Shown: piece by piece, positions 20,750 to 28,435 of the stretch | Layout: each line of letters opens with the position of its first letter | Position numbering within the stretch: position 1 is the stretch's first letter | Assembly (NCBI RefSeq): GCF_000026545.1 | Contig: NC_011601.1 | Origin: Escherichia coli O127:H6 str. E2348/69 | GTDB taxonomy: Bacteria > Pseudomonadota > Gammaproteobacteria > Enterobacterales > Enterobacteriaceae | Length of the DNA stretch: 64,000 nucleotides | Strand: one strand, 5' to 3' | Translations under genes and position numbers: made by a program | The notes under the pieces: generated by a model | The model's database searches: none | Told to the model about the DNA's origin: nothing | The model's input: the letters and a program-made list of their open reading frames with translations, nothing else

Positions 20750-21220
20750 TTAGGCTTCCAGCATGTCGCGCGGTACCTTAAAGACCGCTTTGCGTACTGA
20801 CGTAGCCGCGCCAATCGCGCACAGCGCCTGGTGAGGTTCCTCAGGCATAAAGACGGCGAAATCACCGGGGTGTAGAGTGATGGCGACACTGTTTTCAGGG
20901 GATGGGGCGATAAACAGATCGGGCTTACGTTCTTCATCGTTTTCGCGAGCGATGGGCCGCGTTCCCGCATTAATGCCCTCACAACCAGTAATCACCACCT
21001 GGATATCGGCCCACAGATGGTGATACTCCGTATGGCGGAGTTCGGCGGGTTGCGTGTCTGAAGTTCCCAGCGTGCAGAACCACCGACATCCTTCAGGTTG
21101 CCAGCGACCGTCCTCTCTGGCGGATAACGCCGATAACGAACACTCCGGGCACAGCAGAATATTTCTCACCCAGGCGGGAAGCCCCGCCAGCGACAAATGG
21201 TTGAGATTACCGATAATCAT
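20750..21220 (-). CDS. YhcH/YjgK/YiaL (DUF386) family protein, NanQ-like putative ulosonic-acid anomerase
   Basis: 156 aa. The N-terminus MIIGNLNHLSLAGLPAWVRNIL and the C-terminus GDFAVFMPEEPHQALCAIG...KAVFKVPRDMLEA parallel E. coli YhcH (MMMGEVQSLPSAGLHPAL ... GMFAVFMPGEPHKPGCVVG...KVVVKVKADLMA, from memory). An ATGA overlap with the upstream BNR gene indicates coupling. Confidence 0.75.
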   Translation of the reverse strand: MIIGNLNHLSLAGLPAWVRNILLCPECSLSALSAREDGRWQPEGCRWFCTLGTSDTQPAELRHTEYHHLWADIQVVITGCEGINAGTRPIARENDEERKPDLFIAPSPENSVAITLHPGDFAVFMPEEPHQALCAIGAATSVRKAVFKVPRDMLEA

Positions 21221-22386
21221 GATGCCTGCCCCTTAACCCACTCGGGGGAGATGCGCACGTACTTGATGGCCTGACGCCACCAGGTGTAAGCGATATGTAG
21301 CGTACCGTCCGGGCTTTGTTTGATGCTGGGGTAGGAGAACTCACGATTTAGCTTTTCCAGGGAATTGTTGGTCATGCAGTTGCCGTCGCCTTCATCGAGA
21401 TTGCGCCGCCACGGCCAGCTTTTCCCACCATCGGCAGAAATCGCTACCGTCATCGGCGCGCGTGGGGCCCCCCAGAAAGCGGAGCGTCCGACGGCTGTCG
21501 GTTCTTTGCGGCTGTCGTCGCCATCGTCGATTTCGTCATAAAGCGACGCGCGACGTTCTACTGCGCCTGCCGCACTCATCGCGTTGTACACCAGCGCCAG
21601 TTCGCCGCTGGCAAGCGTCGTTACCTGAATAGACGAATTGTTGTTGGGCAATTCGGTAGCTTGCGGCACCGACCAACTCTCGCCGTTGTCCACTGAATGG
21701 CTGATATAGATGTTGTCTGCCCAACGGCTGCGAAAGAGAGCAACCAACGTACCGTCGTGCAGCATTGTGATATTCATATGAACGCAGCCGAGACTTTGCG
21801 GCACCTCGACATCGCGCCATGAGTGACCACCGTCAGCGGAAATTTTCACTGCGCTGATATCATCATTGCCGACCCATTTTTCGCCGGGTTGGGTACGGCA
21901 ATAAAAGACGGGAAGCAGCCAGTTACCGTTATCAAGCACCGTGATCGGCTGGCGAATGAACGTGCCGGGTTTATCGAGCAGGGTGGCAATCTCGCCCCAG
22001 GTTTGCCCAAGGTCGTCAGACTTACGGTAGCGGACGATGGCCGTGTCCTGATTACCGGATATTTGTGCGGTCCATAGCAGCCACAGCACGTTATCCGGCG
22101 CGAGAAACAGCACCGGGTTTTGCTCTGAACGCGTGTCATCGTGGGAAAGTTTGACCGCATCGCTCCACTGCGTTCTGCCAGCGGGCAATCGTGATCCCCA
22201 GACAGAAATATCGGCAATACCTTCCTGTGTTCCCGCAAACCAGACGCACATTAATGCGCCATCCGGCATTGGCAGAATATTCGCCGCGTGGTTTTGCGGG
22301 CAGGACGAGGGCAGCATGGCGGTAAGCACATGCGAATCGTTTTCGGATGGACGGATGACGCCGTCACGAATAAGGGCTACAGACAT
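21217..22386 (-). CDS. BNR/Asp-box repeat beta-propeller protein, sialidase (exo-alpha-sialidase)-like, no signal peptide
   Basis: 389 aa with four S-x-D-x-G-x-(S/T)-W Asp boxes: SDDLGQTW (aa 123-130), SADGGHSW (183-190), SVDNGESW (231-238) and SADGGKSW (317-324). The N-terminus MSVALIRDGVIRPSEND has no hydrophobic signal sequence. GGAG Shine-Dalgarno before the ATG. Confidence 0.75.
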   Translation of the reverse strand: MSVALIRDGVIRPSENDSHVLTAMLPSSCPQNHAANILPMPDGALMCVWFAGTQEGIADISVWGSRLPAGRTQWSDAVKLSHDDTRSEQNPVLFLAPDNVLWLLWTAQISGNQDTAIVRYRKSDDLGQTWGEIATLLDKPGTFIRQPITVLDNGNWLLPVFYCRTQPGEKWVGNDDISAVKISADGGHSWRDVEVPQSLGCVHMNITMLHDGTLVALFRSRWADNIYISHSVDNGESWSVPQATELPNNNSSIQVTTLASGELALVYNAMSAAGAVERRASLYDEIDDGDDSRKEPTAVGRSAFWGAPRAPMTVAISADGGKSWPWRRNLDEGDGNCMTNNSLEKLNREFSYPSIKQSPDGTLHIAYTWWRQAIKYVRISPEWVKGQAS

Positions 22387-22421
22387 AGTTAGACTCCATC
22401 TTAAAGTTGGTAATAGATTTA

Positions 22422-23180
22422 TTAATGCGAGTGCGATTCATGCGTTTCGATCAATGTCGAAACTTTTTTATTTCTTCTTTCACGGATAATATTGAGTGTC
22501 TCAACACTTAATGAGAAAAATATCGCGAAGTAGAGATACTCTTTGGCAATATGAATGTTGAGACTATCGGCAACCAGCAATACACCGACAAACAATAAAA
22601 AGGTTAACGCCAGTATTTTTATTGACGGCGTGGCGTTAACGAAATCACCAATTGTTTTCGCCGCAAACATCATGACACCGACGGCAATCATTACGGCGGC
22701 AATCATGATAAATATATGCTGAGAAAGGCCGACGGCGGTGATCACCGAATCCAGGCTAAACACGATATCGAGCAGCATTATCTGTACAATGGCACCGCAC
22801 AACGACAGTTGCCGCGATCCGCTGCCATGTTCGTCTTCCTGCGCGGGCGACAGCTCTTCGCGTATCTCCTGTATCGCTTTATAAATCAGGAACAGCCCGC
22901 CCCCGAGCAGAATCAACGTGCGGAACGAAATCTCCAGCGTCAGCACGGTAAAAAGCGGCTGGGTAATATGTGAAAGCCACGCAATGGATATCAGCAATAA
23001 TATCCGCATAATCATCGCGCAGCTTAAACCCAGTTTACGCGCCATATTTTGTTGTGATAACGGAAGTTTTGCCACCACCAGTGAAAGAAAAATAATATTA
23101 TCCACCCCAAGAATAATTTCCAGAAAGGTGAGGGTAATTAAAGTGAGCCAGATATCTGGCTGCATAAACCACAAAAACAT
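22422..23180 (-). CDS. TerC-family integral membrane protein (resembles the TerC domain of YoaE/YegH, without a CBS/CorC tail)
   Basis: 252 aa. MFLWFMQPDIWLTLITLTFLEIILGVDNIIFLSLVVAKLP closely parallels the YoaE N-terminus (...[27 protein letters not shown], from memory). The second DxxxS motif region is LLDIVFSLDSVITAVG. Confidence 0.75.
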   Translation of the reverse strand: MFLWFMQPDIWLTLITLTFLEIILGVDNIIFLSLVVAKLPLSQQNMARKLGLSCAMIMRILLLISIAWLSHITQPLFTVLTLEISFRTLILLGGGLFLIYKAIQEIREELSPAQEDEHGSGSRQLSLCGAIVQIMLLDIVFSLDSVITAVGLSQHIFIMIAAVMIAVGVMMFAAKTIGDFVNATPSIKILALTFLLFVGVLLVADSLNIHIAKEYLYFAIFFSLSVETLNIIRERRNKKVSTLIETHESHSH

Positions 23181-23239
23181 GGGGTAATCCTTTATTCTCT
23201 TTATCTAAACTTTATAGCGGGCTGGATAATAGAGTTAAT

Positions 23240-24127
23240 TTAATTAATGTTATAATGACGAATAATTTGTTGAATCTCGCTGATCTGTTCAGGCGTGAAA
23301 TTAACCGCGTAGCGGCTATCACCAACATCATGCCCCATAAGCTGCAACGCTTTTTTCACCGCAGCCGGGGAGAATGCTACTTTATAAAGATCGGTACGCA
23401 GGCCCGTTACACTCTCCTGTGCTTCATAAGACCCTTCAATATCACCGGCATGGAAGCGAGACCAGATGGCATTGATTTCTCGCGGCGCGATGTTGGCGAG
23501 CCCAGAGATACAGGCTGAACATCCCTCGACAAACCCTTTATGGATCAGCGAATCCGGGCCGTTGAGCACATTAAAGCCGTCAATGTCGCGCACCGCATCG
23601 AGAAAACCCTTCAGGCTTTCGTCGCTTCCGGCGCTGTCTTTAATCCCAATGATATTGGGGTGCGACGCCAGAGCACGCGCGGTTTCTGGCTGGATCGTAT
23701 TGCCAGTGCGGGCCGGGATGTTATAGAGAAACATCGGAATGCTCAGTGCGTCGGCAATTGCGCTGTAATGCGCAATCAACTCTTCCTGTTTCAGCGGTAC
23801 GAAGTAAGGGGCAATGACCGACACGGCATCTACGCCAAGTTTTTCAATCTGCTGACCCAGACGAATCGTTTCGCGCGTAGAGATCTCGCCAATGTGTGCC
23901 ACGACCGGCGCACGACCAGCCACTTCATCCACGCAGGTTTGCGTAACGCTGAGCTTCTCCTGTTCATTCAACACAAAAAATTCGCCGTTGGTGCCGCCGC
24001 AAAAAATCGCGTTACCCGCTTCCAGTTGACGATTCACCTGCACTTTTAACGCCGGGATATTCAGACTGCCGGTCGCGGTAAACGGGGTGACGATAGCGGT
24101 TAATACACCTTCAATGGTTTTCGGCAT
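23240..24127 (-). CDS. DHDPS/N-acetylneuraminate-lyase family class I (Schiff-base) pyruvate aldolase
   Basis: 295 aa with the family signatures GGTNGEF (GxxGE), LYNIP (catalytic Tyr) and IIGIKDSAGS (Schiff-base Lys). It starts 3 nt after the upstream ADH stop. Confidence 0.8.
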   Translation of the reverse strand: MPKTIEGVLTAIVTPFTATGSLNIPALKVQVNRQLEAGNAIFCGGTNGEFFVLNEQEKLSVTQTCVDEVAGRAPVVAHIGEISTRETIRLGQQIEKLGVDAVSVIAPYFVPLKQEELIAHYSAIADALSIPMFLYNIPARTGNTIQPETARALASHPNIIGIKDSAGSDESLKGFLDAVRDIDGFNVLNGPDSLIHKGFVEGCSACISGLANIAPREINAIWSRFHAGDIEGSYEAQESVTGLRTDLYKVAFSPAAVKKALQLMGHDVGDSRYAVNFTPEQISEIQQIIRHYNIN

Positions 24128-24130
24128 GAT

Positions 24131-25288
24131 TTATTCCTTAAATTGATGTTGCGGAAACAGTGTTTGGTAAATGGCCTGTACGTCCTGTAGATCAAGCTGG
24201 CACGGCACATTGTTCATAAGGCGCTTCACGTTCAGTGCCGCCTCGCTAAGAGAGGCAATATCCTCTGGCGGTACGCCGAGATCTGCGAGATTGTTGGGTA
24301 GCTTGAGTTGATTGACTAATGCCTGTAACCAGGTCACCAGGGCATGAGATTTTTCTTCCGCGCTCAGGGCGGTTTCCGCATCGGGAATGCAATCCCAGAC
24401 CCGGGCAAATTTCTCGACCGCCCAGGGGCGAACAAACGCCATGCACGGCGCCAGCAAGATGGCATTCGCGACGCCATGCGGCAGATGATATTTGCCACCT
24501 AACGGGTAGGAGAGCGCATGAACGAGATGCGTGCCCGCATGGGTTATCGCTACGCCGCCATAGTAAGACGCCCACAGCATTTCCAGTTTTGCGCGCAGAT
24601 CCTGAGGATCGTTCACGGCGGGTTGAATGTGCCGGAAAAGTTTACTTAACCCAGTCAGCGCCGCGTTATCGCTGACCGGATTTGCCACGGTCGCGGTAAA
24701 ACACTCCAGTAAGTGGCAAAGAGCATCAATGCCCGTGGACGCCGCAATATGCGCAGGCATGCTGGTGGTCAGTTCCGGGAAAAGCGCCACATAGTCTGGT
24801 AACAGCATCTGGGAAATAATACCCACCTTCGTGCTTTGCTCAGGGATTGCCAGAATCGCATTCGGCGTGGCTTCTGAGCCGGTTCCGGCGGTTGTAGGAA
24901 TCAACCATGATTGCACCCGCTGAGTTGGTTTTTCACCCGCAAGCAGCGCATCCAGCCCCGGAGATTGTGGATGGCAAAGCACCGATAGCAGCTTTGCCAC
25001 ATCCAACACGCTGCCACCGCCGATCCCGACCACCACATCAAAAGAGGCATCGCCAAGGACATCCATTAGCTGGCGCACATCATGATGCGTGGGCTCTGCG
25101 GGCACATTATCGATAACGTTAACCTGCGGGCAGTGCTGTTCCAGTAAGGCGCGAATCTGCTGCACACCGTCGAGCTGCGCAATATTACGGTCAGTGACCA
25201 GCAGCATTTTTCTGATGTCGGGTAAGAGCGACGTCAGGGAAGGGATAGCGCCTGCGCCGCTCAGTATCGTGCTATTGATAATTACCAC
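24131..25288 (-). CDS. Iron-containing (group III) alcohol dehydrogenase family oxidoreductase, first gene of the leftward operon
   Basis: 385 aa with a GTG start preceded by AGAGAGGT. GIGGGSVLDVAKL is the NAD(P)-binding motif. His-rich metal motifs are IDALCHLLE and HAGTHLVHALSYPLGGKYHLPHG. Confidence 0.8.
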   Translation of the reverse strand: MVIINSTILSGAGAIPSLTSLLPDIRKMLLVTDRNIAQLDGVQQIRALLEQHCPQVNVIDNVPAEPTHHDVRQLMDVLGDASFDVVVGIGGGSVLDVAKLLSVLCHPQSPGLDALLAGEKPTQRVQSWLIPTTAGTGSEATPNAILAIPEQSTKVGIISQMLLPDYVALFPELTTSMPAHIAASTGIDALCHLLECFTATVANPVSDNAALTGLSKLFRHIQPAVNDPQDLRAKLEMLWASYYGGVAITHAGTHLVHALSYPLGGKYHLPHGVANAILLAPCMAFVRPWAVEKFARVWDCIPDAETALSAEEKSHALVTWLQALVNQLKLPNNLADLGVPPEDIASLSEAALNVKRLMNNVPCQLDLQDVQAIYQTLFPQHQFKE

Positions 25289-25306
25289 AAATAACCTCTC
25301 TTCTGG

Positions 25307-25322
25307 TGATTGAATTCAATCA
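25307..25322. promoter_or_regulatory. Perfect 16-bp palindrome, candidate operator (O1) for the island DeoR regulator
   Basis: TGATTGAATTCAATCA lies 19 nt upstream of the ADH GTG start, within the likely 5' UTR of the leftward operon. Confidence 0.5.
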
Positions 25323-25412
25323 TTCAAAATGCCGTAGCCTACGTAACATGGTCTAATTTTATAATTTATTCGAGTGATTAATAACTTGAGCTTGCTCACA
25401 TTTAATCAATTG

Positions 25413-25428
25413 TGATTGAATATAATCA
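25413..25428. promoter_or_regulatory. Imperfect palindrome with the same half-sites, candidate operator (O2) overlapping a TATAAT hexamer for the rightward operon
   Basis: TGATTGAATATAATCA has the same outer half-sites TGATT/AATCA as O1. The TATAAT at 25421..25426 lies inside it. Its centre is 106 bp from the O1 centre. A third GTGATTAAT copy sits at 25374..25382. Confidence 0.45.
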
Positions 25429-25454
25429 TTATTATCATAAAACAACCTGGAGTG

Positions 25455-26693
25455 ATGATGGAAAAGGGAATCACTAAGCCGAGCATTCTCGTCGTTGCCG
25501 ATGATTTCACGGGAGCCAACGACGCGGGGGTAAGCCTGGCGCAGGTGGGGCATACAGTTGATGTGGCCTTTGAAATGCCTTATCACGGTGATGCCAGCGT
25601 ATGGGTGATTAACAGCGACAGCCGGGCGATGGATCCTAAGCTGGCGGCGATGAAAATAACCTCGCTGATGAGTCATCTCCCTCTGGCGAATAACCCGCCG
25701 CTCGTGATTAAAAAGATAGATTCCACGCTTCGAGGCAATATCGGCGCAGAAATTGAAGCCCTGATGAAGGCATGCGGTATAACGGGCGCAGTGATTGCCC
25801 CCGCATTTCCTCAGGCGGGAAGGACCACAGTGGCCGGTGAGTGTTGGGTAAACGGTGTGCGGATAACGGAAACCGAGTTTGCCAGCGATCCGAAAACCCC
25901 GGTATTGAGCGCCCGAATTGCGGACATCATCCGGTTGCAGACGGCCATTCCATGCCAGCCCGTTACGGTTTCTCAGCTCAGCCATTTGTCTTATGAGCAA
26001 CCGTGGATTGGCGTGATAGATGCGCAGACGGACAGCGACCTGGATCGCATCGCTGCCGCTGTGATGCAGGCTAAACAACCGCTACTGCTGGTCGGCTCCG
26101 CTGGTATTTGTGATGCCGTTGCCCGGCGCTCCGCGATTATGCCGCCACCCACCGTGCTGGCCATTATTGGTTCAATGAGCGAAATCGCTCAACGGCAGAT
26201 CGCCACACTGCATTCACACCCACGTATCACACAGATATACGTCGATGTTGAACACATTCTGGCAGGCAATGCCAGTGACTATGACGCGCGTATTGTGCAG
26301 GCCTTGCAGAAAGGCGACCACTGCATTGTCCACACCTGTAACGATTCTGTAGCAAGGCATCAGATCGACACCCTTTGCCAGCGTTGGCAGATGAGTCGCG
26401 CTGCACTTGGGGAAAAAATTTGTCGGTTTCTTGGCGAACTTACCCGGCAAGTTCTGCTTCGCACAATGCCCGATGCGCTTTATCTCTCTGGTGGCGATGT
26501 CGCAATGGCAACAGCCAGTGCGTTAGGCGCGACCGGGTTTCGTATTACGGGGAAGGTGGCGCAATGCGTTCCATATGGTCACTTTCTGGGCGGCGTCTGG
26601 TCCCGTTCGGTGATGACGAAAGCCGGTGGGTTTGGCGATGAGACCACGTTGCATCAGGTTCTGAATTTTATCGAGGAGAAGCGTAGTGAATAA
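25455..26693 (+). CDS. DUF1537-family four-carbon acid-sugar kinase (DtnK/OtnK-like)
   Basis: The track ORF starts at a TTG (25416) within the operator region. ATG 25455 or 25458 follows GGAG at 25448..25451. The N-terminus ILVVADDFTGANDAG is the hallmark ADDFTGA motif of this kinase family. The product is about 412 aa. Confidence 0.75.
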   Translation: MMEKGITKPSILVVADDFTGANDAGVSLAQVGHTVDVAFEMPYHGDASVWVINSDSRAMDPKLAAMKITSLMSHLPLANNPPLVIKKIDSTLRGNIGAEIEALMKACGITGAVIAPAFPQAGRTTVAGECWVNGVRITETEFASDPKTPVLSARIADIIRLQTAIPCQPVTVSQLSHLSYEQPWIGVIDAQTDSDLDRIAAAVMQAKQPLLLVGSAGICDAVARRSAIMPPPTVLAIIGSMSEIAQRQIATLHSHPRITQIYVDVEHILAGNASDYDARIVQALQKGDHCIVHTCNDSVARHQIDTLCQRWQMSRAALGEKICRFLGELTRQVLLRTMPDALYLSGGDVAMATASALGATGFRITGKVAQCVPYGHFLGGVWSRSVMTKAGGFGDETTLHQVLNFIEEKRSE

Positions 26694-27672
26694 CATTATT
26701 GCGGTAACGATGGGCGATCCGGCGGGTATTGGCCCGGAGATCATTATTAAATCCCTGAGCGAAGCCGGGCTTGCTGGTACCCCGGTGGTGGTGGTGGGCT
26801 GTGTGCGCACGCTGCGACGTATTATGGCGATGAATATCACGCCGCAGGCAGAGTTACGCGTCATTCAAAAGGTGTGCGACGCCCACTTTGCTCCCGGCGT
26901 GATTAACGTGATGGATGAGCCTCTGGCTAACCCCGATGCGCTGACACCTGGTGTGGTACAGGCTGCGGCAGGCGATTTAGCGTATCGCTGTATCAAACGT
27001 GCAACGGCCCTGGCCTTATCAGGCGAGGTGAAAGCCATAGCCACTGCGCCGTTGAATAAAGAAGCGCTGCATCTTGGCGGGCATAACTATCCGGGGCATA
27101 CGGAATTGCTGGCCCATCTTACCGGCAGCAAAGAGTACGCGATGGTGCTCTATACCGATAAGCTCAAGGTTATCCATATTTCGACTCACATCTCACTGCG
27201 TAAATTCCTGGATACTTTGAATGGTGAAAGGGTCAAAACGGTTATTCGAGTTGCGAACCACTTCCTGAAACGTGTCGGCATTGAGCGTCCGCGTATTGCC
27301 GTGGCGGGTGTAAATCCACATGCAGGGGAACACGGTTTATTCGGCACTGAGGAAATCGAGATTATCGCACCTGCGATTGAAGCAATGCAGGCCGAAGATA
27401 TTGATGTTACTGGCCCGTGCCCGCCAGATACCGTGTTCATGCAGTGCCATGAAGGGCTATTCGATATGGTGGTGGCTATGTACCATGATCAGGGGCATAT
27501 CCCTTTAAAACTGCTTGGATTTTATGATGGGGTGAATATCACCGCCGGGTTGCCATTTATTCGCACTTCTGCCGACCACGGCACCGCGTTTGATATTGCC
27601 TGGACAGGAAAAGCCAAGTCTGAGAGCATGGCAGTTTCCATCCAGTTAGCAATGCAGATTTCGCGAGAATAA
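26686..27672 (+). CDS. PdxA-family NAD-dependent dehydrogenase (PdxA2-type, 4-phospho-D-threonate/4-hydroxythreonine-4-phosphate dehydrogenase family)
   Basis: 328 aa. The GTG start overlaps the kinase stop by 8 nt and is preceded by GAGGAG. Visible motifs are [15 protein letters not shown], the HTELLA and NPHAGE metal-ligand regions, and YHDQGHIP. Confidence 0.8.
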   Translation: MNNIIAVTMGDPAGIGPEIIIKSLSEAGLAGTPVVVVGCVRTLRRIMAMNITPQAELRVIQKVCDAHFAPGVINVMDEPLANPDALTPGVVQAAAGDLAYRCIKRATALALSGEVKAIATAPLNKEALHLGGHNYPGHTELLAHLTGSKEYAMVLYTDKLKVIHISTHISLRKFLDTLNGERVKTVIRVANHFLKRVGIERPRIAVAGVNPHAGEHGLFGTEEIEIIAPAIEAMQAEDIDVTGPCPPDTVFMQCHEGLFDMVVAMYHDQGHIPLKLLGFYDGVNITAGLPFIRTSADHGTAFDIAWTGKAKSESMAVSIQLAMQISRE

Positions 27673-27673
27673 A

Positions 27674-28435
27674 ATGAAGGGATATAACCGGTTAGAGCAG
27701 ATCATGGATTACCTGAAAAGCCATAATCTGGTCACCGTTGATGAGCTGGTGGCGGTAACCAATGCGTCGCCGGCTACGATTCGTCGAGACCTGATAAAAC
27801 TCGATGAGCAGGGTGTTATCAGCCGTACACACGGCGGTGTGACCCTCAACCGGTTTATTCCTACCCAACCGACTACCCATGAGAAAATGCAGCGCAGCCT
27901 GGCGGAAAAACATGCTATCGCCAGCGCAGCGGCGTCAATGGTCAAAGCGGGGGATTCCGTCGTCCTTGATGCCGGTACGACAATGATTGAACTTGCGCGG
28001 CAGATTACACATTTACCGCTTCGCGTGATCACCAGCGACCTGCATATCGCGCTTTTTTTGGCTGAATTCAAGCAAATTGAAGTGACGATTATCGGCGGAC
28101 GTATCGACGACTCCAGCCAGTCCTGCATTGGCGAACATGGTCGTAAATTGCTGCAAAATACCTGGCCGGACGTGGCATTTTTAAGCTGTAACAGCTGGGA
28201 TCTTGAAAAGGGTATTACAGCACCCACGGAAGAGAAAGCCGCACTAAAACGCGATCTTATCGCGCATGCTTCGCGCAAAATTCTCCTGGCTGACAGCTCA
28301 AAATACGGTTCATGGTCGCTGTTTAATATCGCGCATCTTAATGAACTGACAGAGATTATTACGGATAGTCAGCTTGATGGGCAGACGCGTAGAACGCTTG
28401 CGTCCTTGTCGACGCGTTTAATCATAGCCGACTAA
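27674..28435 (+). CDS. DeoR-family transcriptional regulator
   Basis: 253 aa with an N-terminal HTH ([50 protein letters not shown]) and a C-terminal DeoR sugar-phosphate sensor domain. It starts 1 nt after the PdxA-family stop. Confidence 0.85.
   Translation: MKGYNRLEQIMDYLKSHNLVTVDELVAVTNASPATIRRDLIKLDEQGVISRTHGGVTLNRFIPTQPTTHEKMQRSLAEKHAIASAAASMVKAGDSVVLDAGTTMIELARQITHLPLRVITSDLHIALFLAEFKQIEVTIIGGRIDDSSQSCIGEHGRKLLQNTWPDVAFLSCNSWDLEKGITAPTEEKAALKRDLIAHASRKILLADSSKYGSWSLFNIAHLNELTEIITDSQLDGQTRRTLASLSTRLIIAD

Noticed and set aside
19456-20982. Full 508-aa version of the island permease ORF. Similar N-terminal extensions occur in the track for asnB, fldA, ybfE, seqA, pgm, speF, kdpD, kdpC, kdpA, abrB, sdhC, sdhA, ubiF and ybeZ.
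   Set aside because: The extensions overlap upstream genes or intergenic regulatory DNA and lack a ribosome-binding site. They also disagree with the known protein lengths. Internal starts with good Shine-Dalgarno sequences were used instead.
25359-26078. 239-aa minus-strand ORF overlapping the island's divergent promoter and the 5' half of the DUF1537 kinase gene
   Set aside because: The + strand frame carries the diagnostic ADDFTGAND kinase N-terminus and is coupled to the PdxA-family gene. The minus-strand product has no recognisable features.
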